Counted from the stretch's first letter, positions 1 to 13,763 are shown. The stretch is DNA of 64,000 nt from Octopus vulgaris (GCA_951406725.2 OX597814.1:167896001-167960000); one strand, 5' to 3'. Made by a program: numbers and translations. Notes: generated by a model from the letters alone, not told the origin.

Positions 1-2219
1 GGCAGTGCTCCAGTGTGGGCACAGTCTAATGACTGAAACACAGAATTAGAAGAATGCTTTTTTTTTCTTAATCTTAAATACATTACCTGTACTGAATATC
101 TTTAAACAAGATGCATCATGGAAAATTGGGTGCTTGGTTTGTTGGTTGGTTGGTTGGTTGGTGGGGGGTGCCCCCATTTTTCTACATATTTCTGTTTCCA
201 TTTTTTATTATGTTTTTATTTTATGTCTCCTGATTACCACTGTTGTATATATGTAATTACACAAACAATTTAGTTGTGTGGCACTAACTTTTTTTTTTTT
301 TTATGTTAAACATACACATAGTTTTGTACTTGTAATGGTTTCCAATTTGGAAAGCAATCATTTCCTGATATATTAAGTAAATAAGCAATCATGTAATTTG
401 ATATTAGTTATTATGCAAAACAAAGCCCCTCAGCTACAAAATACAGTCATTAGTCTCCGTGTGAAGAGATTGTGTGTGTGTGTGTGTGTGTGTTGTGTTT
501 GTGTGTGTGTGTTGTGTTTTATTTATTTATTTTGGCTAATAATATCTGGGTTATTTGTTACATTTTGATGAAACTGATCTTTTTTTTTTTTTTAAACTCA
601 GTACTAATTGCAGATGCTATTAAAATATTATTTTGCAGATTCCCAATTTCCCCTTCCTACCATGCATTTTCCTTTGCTACTATATCATGTTTTCGTATCA
701 TATATTAGCTTGATGGTTTTTGTATTGTTGAAATTTCATTTGCTTAGTTATGTGTGTATATATATTTGGTTGTCAAATCTTTTTGCTTGTTACTTTCCCT
801 TGGGAATTCTCAACTAATTTAATATGTGCTTAATAAGTAAATACATTAAATGCTATCATTTGTCAAATGTTTATCATAATATAAAGTAGGTGGTACTTTA
901 TCTTGTGCATGCATGGAATGAGAATGCTATTTTGACAAAATAAATATTTCCCATACATTATCTTAATTACTTTTAGGAGTCACTGGTTGCCAATACAAAT
1001 TAATCTACAGTGAGAATATATTAGTTGAATGTTTCTACACATACAGGCATTTTATTTACCAATGCAATGCCTGTTCTTTAGTCTTCATCTAATTTCTACA
1101 GATATTTCAGTAAAAGCTATTCTTAAATTTCTATTAATGAAATCCATTCCAGGAAAATTAGGATTAAAAAAATGCCAAGTTGCTACATTCTTATGTATAA
1201 AAATAAAGTTATTGTGTTTGAGATTTGGTTTAGTTGTTGAGGGTGTATTGTTTTTGTAAGAAGTATTTTGACAGATATTTTTAGTTGTTTATTAATTTAT
1301 ATAGAATAAAGAAACAGTGAAATCCTTTTTAATGAGTTCTTCGGTGGAATGAAACATTTATTATCATGCCAAAGACTATATTTTCAGTTTAATTTATGCA
1401 ACATTCCAAGGAATGTAAAGACAAAAGATTTAATAGAAAAGAAAGTCATGTTAAATCATTCTGTTAGAATGCTACTAAACTAGTTACTCATTCTGTGGAT
1501 ATCTTTTCACCCACTGGGGTGCCTTCAGATTCATACAAAGCATATAGGGCAGGTTAACCTGGCAGATCCCATCCTTTTGCAGACTGTACTGAAGAAAGGA
1601 TGTGAAGTCAGTATTTAAAGCCAATAAAATACTTTCTCCTTTATAGCTTACCCTCTCAACATATGGGGATGAACTGCACCTTCTTAATGTACCAATTTAC
1701 ATCTAGGTGTACTAGGCTTTGAAAGTTTAAGTATTTTTCCTTGAGGTACAAATATGAACCCTTTGATCAGCCAACTCCTTGTGGCTGAAACTGTCAATTA
1801 TATTAACCACTTAAATGTTTATTTTATCTTTTATACACACATTGTATGTTTGTTATAAACCAGGGGTCACCAAACTTTTTCAACCATTGACCCATTTTAG
1901 CCATTTCTCCTTTCACATCGACCACTCTCCTCATTTAAAATATCTTAATATCATACCCTACCATACCATATCTTAAATGCGTATCAGGTACTGATGCTGG
2001 CAATTAAAATGTTAGCTAAAGTATATAAGTACGACAAATTAAGAAATTCTATTGAAGATGACACACTTTTCAGATTTAAAACGACATGTATGAGTATACA
2101 GTATTAAACTTTCAATTTTTATGAAATTCTTTTCATGGTTAGAAAATGGGGAAAATGCTTCATATTACTAGAATATCTTTTATTGAAATTGAAATTGACA
2201 TCAACATGAGGGATGAGCA

Positions 2220-3156
2220 TGGTGGTCCTGAATCAAGGCACTGATATCAGGTTGAATGTTGGTCAGTTTCTGTTTCAAATTGCCTCATTCCTCCAGGTTC
2301 AGGCAATTCCTCTGTTTACTGAGAATTGTGTTTGCATGGCTGAAGCTAGCTTCCACCATATAAGAGCTAAGAAATGCCAGAAGGAATGGCTCGGCTGCCA
2401 CTTTAAGATGTGAGTACCATTCACTTGTTTTCTTATTGTACCAAAAGCCACTCAGACTTCTGATCTCAAAAAAAAAAGGCTTTCGCCGCAATATCAACAC
2501 TCAAATCAGAGAGCTCACTTTCAAGCTCTGGGCTCATATTCAAATTTTTAAATTTCATGTCGAACAGCGCCACCATCCATGCTGGAATTTTCATGTTCTC
2601 AATGTCCTCAAACCAAGCATGGAAATTATCTTGCAGTTTTTCCAAGTGATCAGTGAAGATCTCTATATCAGATTCTGAAATACTTCATCCTGAATTCAAT
2701 GAGAAGTGCATCAAGTTTGAAAAATACTTAAAATCTCTTCTCTCCAAAGAATTTTTTGAACAATGCAAATTTCACCTGGAATCCCATGATAACTATCTTA
2801 GCTTGAATTATTGTTACATCCTTGCCCTGCAGACGTTTTCCAATCGCATTAAACTTGGAGAAAATGTCTGCAAAATAAAATGCTTTTCACATTTCTTCAA
2901 TTCGTCATGCTTTTAGAGCTTTAAAATAATCAAGATCTTTGCTTTTTTTTTTCTTTTTCTTTTTGTTACTATGAATCCTTTCCATGTGTCCTTTCATTTT
3001 AGACGGCTTCATGCAATCATTGCTGAAAGTCTTTTCACAAAGTAGGCACATGGGGATCAATTCATTTTTTGGTGAAGTAATAAATCCCAACTTAAAATAA
3101 TCTTGATTGTACTGTCTGCACTTTCTTTTGGCATGATTCTGCACTTTCTCTGACAT
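2220..3156 (-). pseudogene. Broken hAT transposase (BED zinc finger plus C-terminal dimerisation remnant)
   Basis: RKCRQYNQDYFKLGF..PMCLLCEKTFSNDCMKPSKMKGHMERIH is a BED finger as in Buster/ZBED5-type transposases; FLSSYMVEASFS..SKQRNCL is the hAT dimerisation motif. Frameshifts and a large internal deletion. Confidence 0.85.
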
Positions 3157-3201
3157 GATACTGAAAAACAGAAGAAAAGCTTTTAGACTACAATACAAAT
3201 A

Positions 3202-4256
3202 CAGGGTGTCCCAATAATTGTAATCACATCATGAAAATATAACTTTTTTTGGTCAGTTTGGCAAGTAAAACTTTTTGTATGAATCATTTGGAGAAAATTA
3301 TACTCCTGGGCCCATCTCTTCAGGCATAGACTACCTCTGCAAAAGCCAGAGGTAGGTCTATGCCTGAATAAAATTTGTCAAAGACCCTTGACACAACAAA
3401 AGACTTAATGGCAAACCAGACAAAACTGCACAACATTTAAGGTTTAAAATTTCAGATTGTAGCATGCAAGTTTTATACATTATGTACAAGGCCATACCAA
3501 CTGAAATGGTAGAAAGATATGGCGTCTAAGATAGGAATTTAGGAATACAAATGTAGACCTGTGTACTATTATTGACAAATCAAATGTGTCATTTGAGTAG
3601 CAAAATAAAAATTAAAAGTAACATTTTCAAAGGCATATTCCCCAAAATCACAATTTTTTCTAATATGACTATGATAGTTTGACAAAAAGCCAGCAGGGTG
3701 TCCCAAGAGCTCTGGATTTAATTAGGTGGTAAAACGCATAATAATGAAATTACAACAATTACTTGTGGAATGTTATATACAACAAATGTCGCCTATGACT
3801 CCCAAGGATTCTCTGTGTCTTAAGTCATTTTTATACGTGTATGCCTTTATCCATTATGTTGAAAGTGGACCTTGTCGCTGAAGATAATCTTCAAAAAAAA
3901 CAGTTTCCACTTCATGTTTCTCCAACACTCGTTCGAAAAAACCTCGGTGCTTGATTACAAACCCATATTTATAATGTGTTTTAACAATAATAATGTGTTG
4001 TTCCTTTGTTATGTGTTCAATGAGAATGCCAGAGTCCTATTGTTTAATTGCAAATATGGTAAATGACTGACTAAGACACTGTTTATAATGTTCATGTTGT
4101 TGCAGTGAGCTTCACTTCACATGACATTTATGTAAAACTCACACTAAATTGAAGGCCCTACGTAGCATATAGACCAATAAATAAATTTGAATAAGATTTC
4201 ACTAAATGAAATCAGTATTAAAAAATCAAATCTCAAGCTGTTATTGGAACACCCTA
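3202..4256 (-). mobile_element. Tc1/mariner-superfamily deletion derivative nested in the hAT element
   Basis: TIRs CAGGGTGTCCCAATAA / TTATTGGAACACCCTA flanked by TA. Minus-strand remnant KIIFSDKVHFQHNG near 3850-3895 resembles the first catalytic motif IIFSDEAHFHLNG. Confidence 0.78.
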
Positions 4257-5164
4257 TATGTTAAAAAATATTTTCTTTGGATTCCGACCTTTGTCCTACA
4301 TGTGGAGTGAAGATTTGATATATATTTTTTTAAACACTTACATTACTTATAAGTGTAATTCATATGAATAATTTTAAGCATAAACATTTTGATATTCCAA
4401 ATTAATGTATACAATCTTCAATGTATCCAAATGTATTCAAATTTAAACTTATCTTCTTGATAGAGGGACGACTGCTGCATAAAGGATGGCGTAGCGTTCA
4501 AGCAATCAACATTTCATCTTCACAAATCCAACACTTACAATGACATACCAATAAAAACATTTATGAGATATGCATTTAATATCTTATCTCCCCTAGCAGG
4601 TCTAGTCATTTCCATTAGCAAAAACTTGACAGTTCGCATCTCCTCAATCACGCCTCTCAATCTTCGATCATGATACAGATTATGACATCAGGCCTTGAAC
4701 ATTAGCAACAGCAGACTTCTCGTGACAGTGAAAATTTATGATATTTTCCCACGTTTCATAGTGCTGACTAAGTATTTCAAGCAGTTCATCTGGGTGAGCT
4801 GGTCTTTTGCACACTGACCTCCATTCAACCCCTTGACTATCATCGACCCCCTGTAATTCCTTGCTGACCCCTAGTGGGTCCCTCAGACCCCCTTTGGCAA
4901 CCCCTGTTATAAACTTTGCACCTTCTTATGACAGTGAATTGACAGCATCAGTAACATAATGGATAGAATGCCTTGTACTTAAAATATTAGCCTAATCTCT
5001 TCAAATTATACCCCACCCTCTTCAAAAAGGGGAAGACACATTGGATTATGTAGTCTAGGATAAGTTGGAGTGGTTATAGCTGGAATGCTTTTGATCATTG
5101 GTATTTCTCTTCAGAGTTTACTTGGGGTTAAACAACAACAGCAAAACACACATACCTTTTTTTA

Positions 5165-5540
5165 TATTCTTTTTATTCTTTTATTTGTTTGAACAAATCG
5201 ACCCCAGGACTTATTCTTTGTAAGCCTAGTACTTATTCTATTGGTTTATTTTGCCAAACTGCTTAGTTACAGGAACATAAACACACCAACATCGGTTGTC
5301 AACAGATGGTTGGGGGACAAACATACACACACACACATGCACACATACATACACACACATACACACACACACACATATGATGAGCTTCTTTCAGTTTCCG
5401 TCTACCAAATCCACTCACAAGGCTTTGGTTGTCCCAAAGCTATAGTAGAAAACACTTGCCCAAGGTGCAACGCAGTGGGGCTGGACCCAGAAGCATGTGG
5501 TTGGGAAGCAAGCTTGTTACCACACAACCACACCTGCACT
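5165..5540 (-). mobile_element. tRNA-derived SINE (family 1, ccttgggcaagtg core with internal CA microsatellite)
   Basis: Same sequence recurs at about 14558-14960(+), 23158-23425(+), 35330-35745(-), 39680-40005(-), 44948-45270(+), 54970-55300(+) and 57330-57915(-). Head carries tRNA-like A/B boxes. Confidence 0.8.
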
Positions 5541-5779
5541 TGATTTTTATAGTTTTCTTTTTTAAAGATGAGATGTATTTCAATGTATTTATTCAGTGAT
5601 TAACGAGCAATGTAATAATATTAAATTACTACTAAGCTAATCAGCATATTCTGTTATGTCCAATGGCTTTGGAAGGGATTTTGAAACACCTGAACTGAAT
5701 CAGTAGCTTCATTCCCTTTTGGATTTACTATTCAGTTCAGTCCAGGACAACCTTTAGGGAGCAGACTTATAATCTAAAG

Positions 5780-6207
5780 CAGTAGTTCTTAACTTTTTTT
5801 TTTTTGCAGTACCCCCACTTTTAAGTAGTTGTTATGCCTAGCACCAACCTAAGTGGCAAGTGAGGTATCATGACTAAACTAACTTAACATGGATGATAAT
5901 ATATAAATTTTACTCAAAAATGGATTGTATAAGCCTTTAACAGTGAGATAATAAAAAATAAATAAAAAGTTGTATATTTCCTTTATACATTACAAGTTAA
6001 TGATTTCCCTGTGCCTGATGAGATCTCATTTTATTTTCCAACTATTACTAGTTTTATCATATTTAATGTAATTGCTACTATAGGTAAAATTTAGTATGTT
6101 AATTATGTTAGTCCACTGCTCCCTTCACCATCCCCTAAAGCCTAACAACCCCTTCAGCATGCCCAGCACCCCCTTGGAGAAAGTTCCGCCCACACTGAGA
6201 ACCTCTG
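5780..6207. mobile_element. hAT-type MITE
   Basis: Ends CAGTAGTTCTTAAC / CTGAGAACCTCTG; degenerate 8-bp TSD ATCTAAAG / GTCTAAAA. Interrupts another interspersed repeat. Confidence 0.65.
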
Positions 6208-9200
6208 GTCTAAAACATTCTGACCATGTCTGTCCTGTCCTTCTATAAATATTCTGGACTATATTCTCTAATGCATCTTTTTCTTTTTCTTAGAAAGTGG
6301 AATACGATTTGAGGGAGATTTATTTGCTATTTCTAGCAGGTCAAGCAACCATGTAGACAATCTTTCATTGGCTCACTTTGATGCGTGTTGTAGTTGGTAG
6401 CAGTATGTTTAGGTGAGTGAAAGCATAGGAGTAAGCAATAGTCTAATACAAGTAATACAGTACCACTATACTGTATAAATGTATCCTTCCTATTATAACA
6501 CAGCAGGATGAAGTCTGAGGGAGTTTTGGTGTATTTCTAGCAGGTTGAGCAGCCATGTAGCACAGCAGTTCTTAACCTTTAACATAGCAAATTATTAATC
6601 TCTCACCACCCTATGAGAAAAATTTAGCTTTATTGTATTATAGGTAATGAAAATGCTATATTTGGTTGATCAGTGACTTTCACTGGTAAGTCTCTGGAAC
6701 ATAAATATTATCAAAATAGATTCAATATTTAGAGCAAGCGCTTGATGTAGACTATGAAAAACTTCAATATATATTTATTCATAGTAAAAAAAAACATAAG
6801 GAGTCACTTATCAAAAATGATGGCAGGAAAGCAGGAAAAAAATTATATATTGAAGTGAAAACTCAAAACTCCTGATCTAACTTATCCATACAGCCCTCTC
6901 TATTTATGATTTATAATTAAAGAAAGAAAACATTCCTGTTTCTTTCATTCATTTTATTTGAAAATCTATTGTGGCATATAGCATTTTCATTAAATCAATA
7001 TAACTTTTTTTTTTTATAAGTTCTATAGCCTTGTTTAGAGTAAAGCTTTCATAACTCAATAATTAGGATCTTTACTGAACTGAATAAATTTAAACTGTGT
7101 TGCTTTCACTGTGTGATGAGTTTCTTCATCTGCAAATTTAAAAAAAATTATGCTGTTTATTATTATTATTGTCATCATCATCATCATCACTATAATCATC
7201 ATCATCATCATCTGTAAGGGAAAAAATAACGGAAGAGAACACCTGCTATTTTAGAAACTGAACATAAACATGATGACAGATGTAAAATGTAAATCTCTTT
7301 ACTTCAACTACTGAAGTGAACTGACAGTAACAATTCAGTTTGTATTCTTAAACAAACATCACTATAATTGAATATTGAAGCAATTCAAAAACCTTTTCTA
7401 TCAGTTACCTCGACCTTTTTAGGAAAGTATTTCTGTCTTTTTTTGTTTTAATTCACACCAAACTGATATAATGACATAATATGACTTGCACATAGAAATT
7501 TTAATTAGTTTGGTTGCTTTGGAATTTTATTGTTTGTCATCAATCAATACTCTTAGATTTAGTTTACTTTGTTCCTGTCATGATAGATATTTATATTTTG
7601 ATAATTATTTTCTTTATTGATGTATGGTACTTTATCCATAATTATGATACCCAAATAATAGATTTTCATTGTCTTTTATAGTATTTGGGCAGTTGCAATT
7701 AACATTAGCAAATAACTATTGTCAAAGTTCTTGGTTTCTTGTTATACCTGTTATTCTTTGTCAGTTTCTGCTTGACTCCACTATTCTGAAGAAAATCAGC
7801 TTAAATCTATTAAAAAAATATGCTAATTAACTTACAAATTGGTATCCATAATTTTATAATTATCATGCTATATTTAGGGTTAAGAGATTTTTGACAAGGT
7901 TTGATAAACCTTATTTGCAATATTTTACGAAACATAAGGCTTTTGCAGTGTAACTCCAGGTGTGCTTTGATCAAACACTTAGGCCCATAGATTGCCAGCT
8001 GAGTGGCTGTGCAAAAACCACAGATTTGTAGTTCCGGATCTATCATACCTCTGCTTAGCTAACAATCACAATGCACACTCAAATATACAGTGATAAATTG
8101 TACAGGATGCAGTATGTCAGTGCAAGGATGTTAAATTCTCTGTTTCTCTGCACTGTCCAATCTATTTCAGTATTCAATGCTTATTATCAGTGTTCAAAAT
8201 TTTCCTGGAACAACTAGATATATTTTAAGTATTCAGTATCCTAGATATGCAAATAATCTGGCTAGATCTTGTGTTACAAAATATATTTGTTTTTTTGTTT
8301 TTTTTTTGCTTTTTTTCCCCTAAGATTTCATGAAGATCATAAATTCAAAATTTACACTGGAAAGTCTATTCTTATTTTTAAGGAATATTTAAATATTTTT
8401 CTATTGTTAATTTATATCTGGATTTTTGTATTGTTATATTGAGTCAATTTTTCTTTTAATCTTTTACTGAATTTTTTAATACATGCTGGCATTCATCTTT
8501 AACTTTAAAATACTGCATTTTTAAAAATGCAACACATATTTAACATAAAAGTGTTTTGTCTTGAATGCATTTTATTTACATTAAATTTACATGGTTTAGC
8601 ATCTACACCTTTAATTTTCATTTTATATGAATCTTTAAAATGTTAAATATCTGGCAGCTACTTGTACATGGTACTTAGCAGATGTTTGATGAATTTCAAT
8701 GATACTTAAAAATGTGGCATTTATCAGAATGAATAAGTCTCATTATTTTTTAAAATCAAAACCAGATGTCTCTAGTTGCTATGTTTATAACTGAGATTTA
8801 GATAAGTTTTTCACTGATAGAAGAAAATTTTCTGATAAGTATCTCAACAGTTTTCTTAACATTAAATTTCTCTCTACTATCATTTCACTAATTATCTCGT
8901 GATATATGTGTGAGTGAGTGTGTGTGGGTATGAGTGTGTGTATGTGTGTGTGTGCGTGTGCGTGTGATATCCAACTTGATTTTCATATTTGATCAAATAG
9001 TTTTTATAAATTTTCATTCCAGAATGTATTTTTAATTAAAAAAATAGCTTCAACAACCAGGTGTCAGTAATTTTTGATGTTCTGATTTCCTGCCCCATTC
9101 TCTCTCTCCCTCTCTCTCTCTCTCCATCTATCTATCTCCCTCTCCCCCTTCCTCTTTCTCTCTCCCCTCTTCCTCTCTCTACTCCTCTTTCACACACACA

Positions 9201-11394
9201 CACACACACAAATCCAGTTTATTTTTTTAAACCTAGCGAGCTCTTGCTATATATATTTTCATTTTATTTAGTTATGTTATTAGGAAATGTATGTATACAT
9301 TGCATGTGTTATAAGACAACACTACACTAAGTTATATAAAGAAATAAAATGATAACAGGTAATCAAGTTGAAAAAAACTATGTGATTTTGATCATTTTGA
9401 TAATGCTTATTTAAATTTATTAACATTTTGTTGTTTGCATAACTCTTTAAACCTTGACTCTGAGATATCTTCCAAAAACTAAAAGTGGGAAATATCTTAG
9501 AACTTAAAAGGTTAAAACATGACTGATTCATGAATATCTAATAAAAATCTATATTGTTGTCGGTGTTATTCGTTCCACGTGTTTTGAACCTCTACATGTT
9601 CATTGATTTGCTAAAACTAGCAGCCAGACTCCCTCAGTTATACCCTACAGTCTATAAAACAAAGGCCACATGGAACAATGTTGTCCTAGAGACACAATAA
9701 GAATGGCGAGATAGTCAAAGCCAGAATACTTTTCATTATGTGTTTGCTCAACAATAATGTTAGCTCATTACTAAAGAATTATTTGCAAATATAAATGTTC
9801 TTTAGTGTAATACACATTACGTTAGATTACAGACTGTGAGTGTACTAGATGTTGACTTTCTTATATACCTGATTGTATCACTAGAAGTAGTTAGTAGCTT
9901 CTGTTACCTGGATGACATATTTATCAGGTGAAGTGAGTATTCAAAAACTACAACAATCAATATAAGAATGAGTTGACAACATTCTACTGGCAACAAAAAT
10001 CTTCTCCTCCAGACTATATTATATGATGCTTGTTTTAAAAGATTGTAGTGAGATGCAAGCCTTAAGTGCAGAAGACCTACAAAGGCCTGAAAGAAATGAA
10101 GCAAAATGGATATGTATTGTTGGTGTGCAGTTAACTCTCCCTCTCCTCTGAACTACACCTTAGGTCTCCCATATCTTCTTTAACACCTCTTATTTCTGCT
10201 GTCATTCTCAACATCTTCTTATGTCCACCATGGATGCCCCCTCTCCCATTTGTCACTATAGCTACCCTTCTGTACCTCTGATCTCCATCTCTGTCACTGT
10301 ACATCATCCTTCCCCACTCATATGTCCTGTGCCTCATCTCCCTACTTTCTGATCTATCTAAAAGTTTATGAGATGGCTACTCTCCTATCTTCCTTTGCTG
10401 TCATTTATCACCCCATCCTTCCTAAGCCATTTCTGTTCTCACATCATCTGCCCTCCATACTGATATTTACCAACAATGATCCCTCCACCCTTGTTCATCA
10501 CTTAGTACATTCAATCCTACCCCCTCTCTAACCATCTGTCACCCTCCTCTTATGAAATTACTCACATTCTTGTACTTGAGAGTATGCTCTGGCATCCCAT
10601 CACCACCATCTTATTTCCTTTTCATCTACTCCCACCCATCCTTATATAATGCAAGGTAGTCTTGAATCTCCTCAATAGTAAGACACCTGTATTTCTCCCT
10701 TTATCATACTTTAGTCCCTCAACACCTGGCATAAAGCCATCTCTCCTTCTTCCTCCTTTCTCAAATACACTTTCACTCAGTCAAAGGGGCTTTTTCTTTT
10801 CTTATCTTGCAAGTTAATTGGCAACATTACAAGTGCCAGTGTCATGAAAAAAAGGCACCCAGTACATACTGCAAAGTTGTTGACATCAGGAAGAACATCT
10901 AGCCATAGAAGCCATACCCAAGCTGACTTTGGAATTCAATGCAGTCCTTCTGTTTATTAGATCTTGTTGAATCATCCAATCTCTGCTAGCATGGAAAACA
11001 GATGTTTGATGATGGTGATTGTGGTGGTGGTGGTGGTGGTGATGGTGGTGTGTGTTTGCATAGTTCCTTTCTTTGGTCTGTATGCCTTAGGTTTCCAAGA
11101 GCACTTTGTAAAGTGGTTGGTAATAGGAAGGGCATTCAACAATGTAGACAAAGCAGGGATGAATTAATTGTACAAACACTACACTTTACAAGCAATATCT
11201 GCCAATAAGAAATGACATCGACTGTGACACTTGTCCAAACTATGCTAGCATGAAAAGCTGATGTAAAATGATGATGATGATTACAATGATCTCTCTCTCT
11301 CTCTCTCTCTCAAGCTCTCTCTCTCACACATACACACACACACATCATTATCATCATTTAGACTTCATGTCATACTGGTATGGCTTATATATGT

Positions 11395-12145
11395 ATATAT
11401 ATACTATACACAACTGAGGATGTCTGTCTGTAAGGGTATATCACTAAAACTTGAGAACTACCCAACCGATTTCATCTAAATTTTACACATACCTTACTTA
11501 GGGTGCATGGAATGTGATGGGTGAAAGTATTTTCAACTTCTTGCCTAATGTGAGCTCAGAGCAATCTCTTATCTCTTACACTGTTTCGGTATCACATGTC
11601 AAAAGTGAAACAATAACATCCCTATTGTAATGTAATATCATACTTTCACTATTATATGGTTTCAATTTCAATTACTTTCACTATGTATTTGTATACGTGT
11701 TTGTACGTATGTGTATATATATATATATATAATATCTACATAATAAACCTCAACATCTGTGTGTCTGTGCATCTAAAGGACGAAAGGGAATAGAAGATAC
11801 ATAAAAACAAAGCATGTGTTCTCATGTTAAATTTTACAAGAAAGATGATAAGCTACATAAAATTTACTTTCCATTGCAATTAGGGGGCTTAAAGTGGGGC
11901 AAACACCCCCTGTGAAATTTCAAATATCTCCAATTTCAATGAAAATAACAACATAGCTACTAGGTACTAAATGAAGACGATTTCCAAAATTTCACCAATT
12001 TACAATATTATTTAATCCCCCTAATAGGGTTATAGCACAGGACAGAGCCCCTTTGAAAGTGCAAATGAATCCACTTTTCATGGAAGGTACATAAAATTTA
12101 AGTACGTGTTCTTGGAATAAGTGTACTACAAAACTTCAACAATGC

Positions 12146-12150
<5 letters not shown>
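11395..12150 (+). mobile_element. Helitron-like non-autonomous fragments
   Basis: Starts tactatac..gtctgtctgt..ccaaccgatttcat..aaatttt, and a second atctacataata..tctgtgtgtctgt start at ~11732. A reverse-oriented relative lies at ~23600-23892. Recognised by pattern only. Confidence 0.45.
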
Positions 12151-12192
<42 letters not shown>

Positions 12193-12194
<2 letters not shown>

Positions 12195-13300
12195 CCTTTT
12201 AAGGCTACTTTCAAGCCTTCGCCATAACTTGATTTATCTTTCTATCTCTCTCTCTACAAAATTTAACCTTAGGCTAGGCTACCTCAAGCCGTAATCCCAT
12301 CTCTTCCCATCTCTTCCCATCTTTCAGCCATCTTTCAGCCATTGACGGTGCGCCCGCCCCCCCACCCCCACCACCAATACCGATGAACACTGTTCTCACC
12401 GCCAACACCACCAATACTGGTGAACACTGTTCCTCACCCCCCACCACCAATACCAGTATACCCTGTCCTCACCATCTACACCGGATACGCCTTACTCATC
12501 TACACCGGGTACGCCCTACTCCCTCCTCCTCCCCCCACTACCCCTTCTCCTCATATGCTTTCACTGTGAAAAGACAAGCTGCTAGCGCCATAGCTCATCA
12601 ACTGCCCACCGATCTTACGCTTCCTCCTCACACTGCTTCATTCCGACTATCCCCCTTTAGCACCCTCCCGCCTCGTAATATCCTACGTTTTTATTTCTTA
12701 GGAACCTACACCAACCCTTCCTGCCATCGTTCCTCCTTACCCCAACCTTCCCCACTGGTTGCTCCCCTATATTACCCACCTCAACTGGACCCCCCCTCCC
12801 CAACTCAACTCTAGAATATCTGTATTCTTTCCTCTACCTAATAACGTTACTCAGTGACGATAACGAATGTCTTTATTTCTTAGGAACCTACACCAACCCT
12901 TCCTTACTCAGTGACGATAAATGCTGTGACTACAAAGACCCGGGCTGCTTTCTGCAGCAATTCCACATACCCCCTACTCATTCTAAGTACCCCGGATCCC
13001 CAAAGTACCCTGGATCCCCAAAGTACCCCGGACCTCGTTGCCCCCGTGCCGCTGACACGTTAAAATGCTCGAACCGATCGTGACGATGCCGGACCCTCCG
13101 GCCCCTGTGCAGGTGGCACGTAAAAAGCACCCAATCCACTCACGGAGTGGTTGGCGTTAGGAAGGGCATCCAGCCGTAGAAACTCTGCCAGATTCAGACT
13201 GGAGCCTGGTGCGGCCCCTGGCTTCCCAGACCCGGTCAAACCGTCCAACCCGTGCTAGCGCGGAAAGCGGACGTTAAACGATGATGATGATGATGATGAT
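12193..13300 (+). mobile_element. Young CpG-rich non-autonomous retroelement ending in the RTE-type 3' tail with (GAT)n
   Basis: C-rich 5' part with internal short duplications. The 3' part (13110-13300) matches the abundant gcacgtaaaaagcaccc..ggaagggcatccagc..aacgatgatgat repeat. Flanked by TA/CA microsatellites. Confidence 0.65.
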
Positions 13301-13641
13301 ACACACACACATATATATATATTTATATACATGTACATATATGTATATATACATGTATATATATATACATGTATATATACACACACACACATATATATAT
13401 AATAATAATATTAGGGAATAAATTATCATTCCAACCTTACAGGTAAAATTCAGTATAATAATATTAGACCGAATTTCATAATATATAATATATGTATATA
13501 ACTAATTTTATATAACTAAATTAGTTTTATACATGTATGTATGTATATATATATATATAGCAAGAAGAAAATGGAGGGAATCCAGAGGTAGTATTCATCA
13601 GTTGTTAGATATTATAATATATTTATTTATTAAGTGCAGTT

Positions 13642-13763
13642 TCTTACAGCTGTTTCAGCCAAGAGGTCATAGTACCCCATATGTTATTTTCATCTTTTCA
13701 GTATATTATAAATCTGTAGATAAAATTAGGGTACTTAGGCATGCCTCTAGGCTTCGTCAGAGA
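13642..13763 (-). ncRNA. Minimal type I hammerhead ribozyme motif (Penelope-like element associated)
   Basis: Minus strand: TCT CTGACGA AGCC-TAGAGG-CAT..AGTACCC..GGGTACT-ATG-ACCTCTT-GGCT GAAAC AGCT GTA AGA. Intact CUGANGA/GAAA core, long stem II, palindromic stem III, GUA triplet, 3-bp stem I, AATAAA just downstream. Confidence 0.72.

Larger units (their letters stand above)
1861..4906 (-). mobile_element. Internally deleted hAT (Buster/Charlie-like) DNA transposon
   Basis: TIRs CAGGGGTCACCAAA / TTTGGCAACCCCTG and a perfect 8-bp TSD TTATAAAC (1853-1860, 4907-4914). Minus-strand transposase remnants inside. Confidence 0.9.

Noticed and set aside
100-140. KQDA peptide resembling the expected upstream ASCC3 exon (SKQDAMDY)
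   Set aside because: Continues as SWKIGCL with no further similarity and no suitable splice sites; chance match.
12383-12814. 143-aa Pro/Thr/Ser-rich ORF
   Set aside because: By-product of a C-rich, stop-poor repeat region; no domain or splice support.
12984-13032. Three short direct repeats that look superficially CRISPR-like
   Set aside because: Head-to-tail repeats without unique spacers, in eukaryotic DNA with no cas genes.
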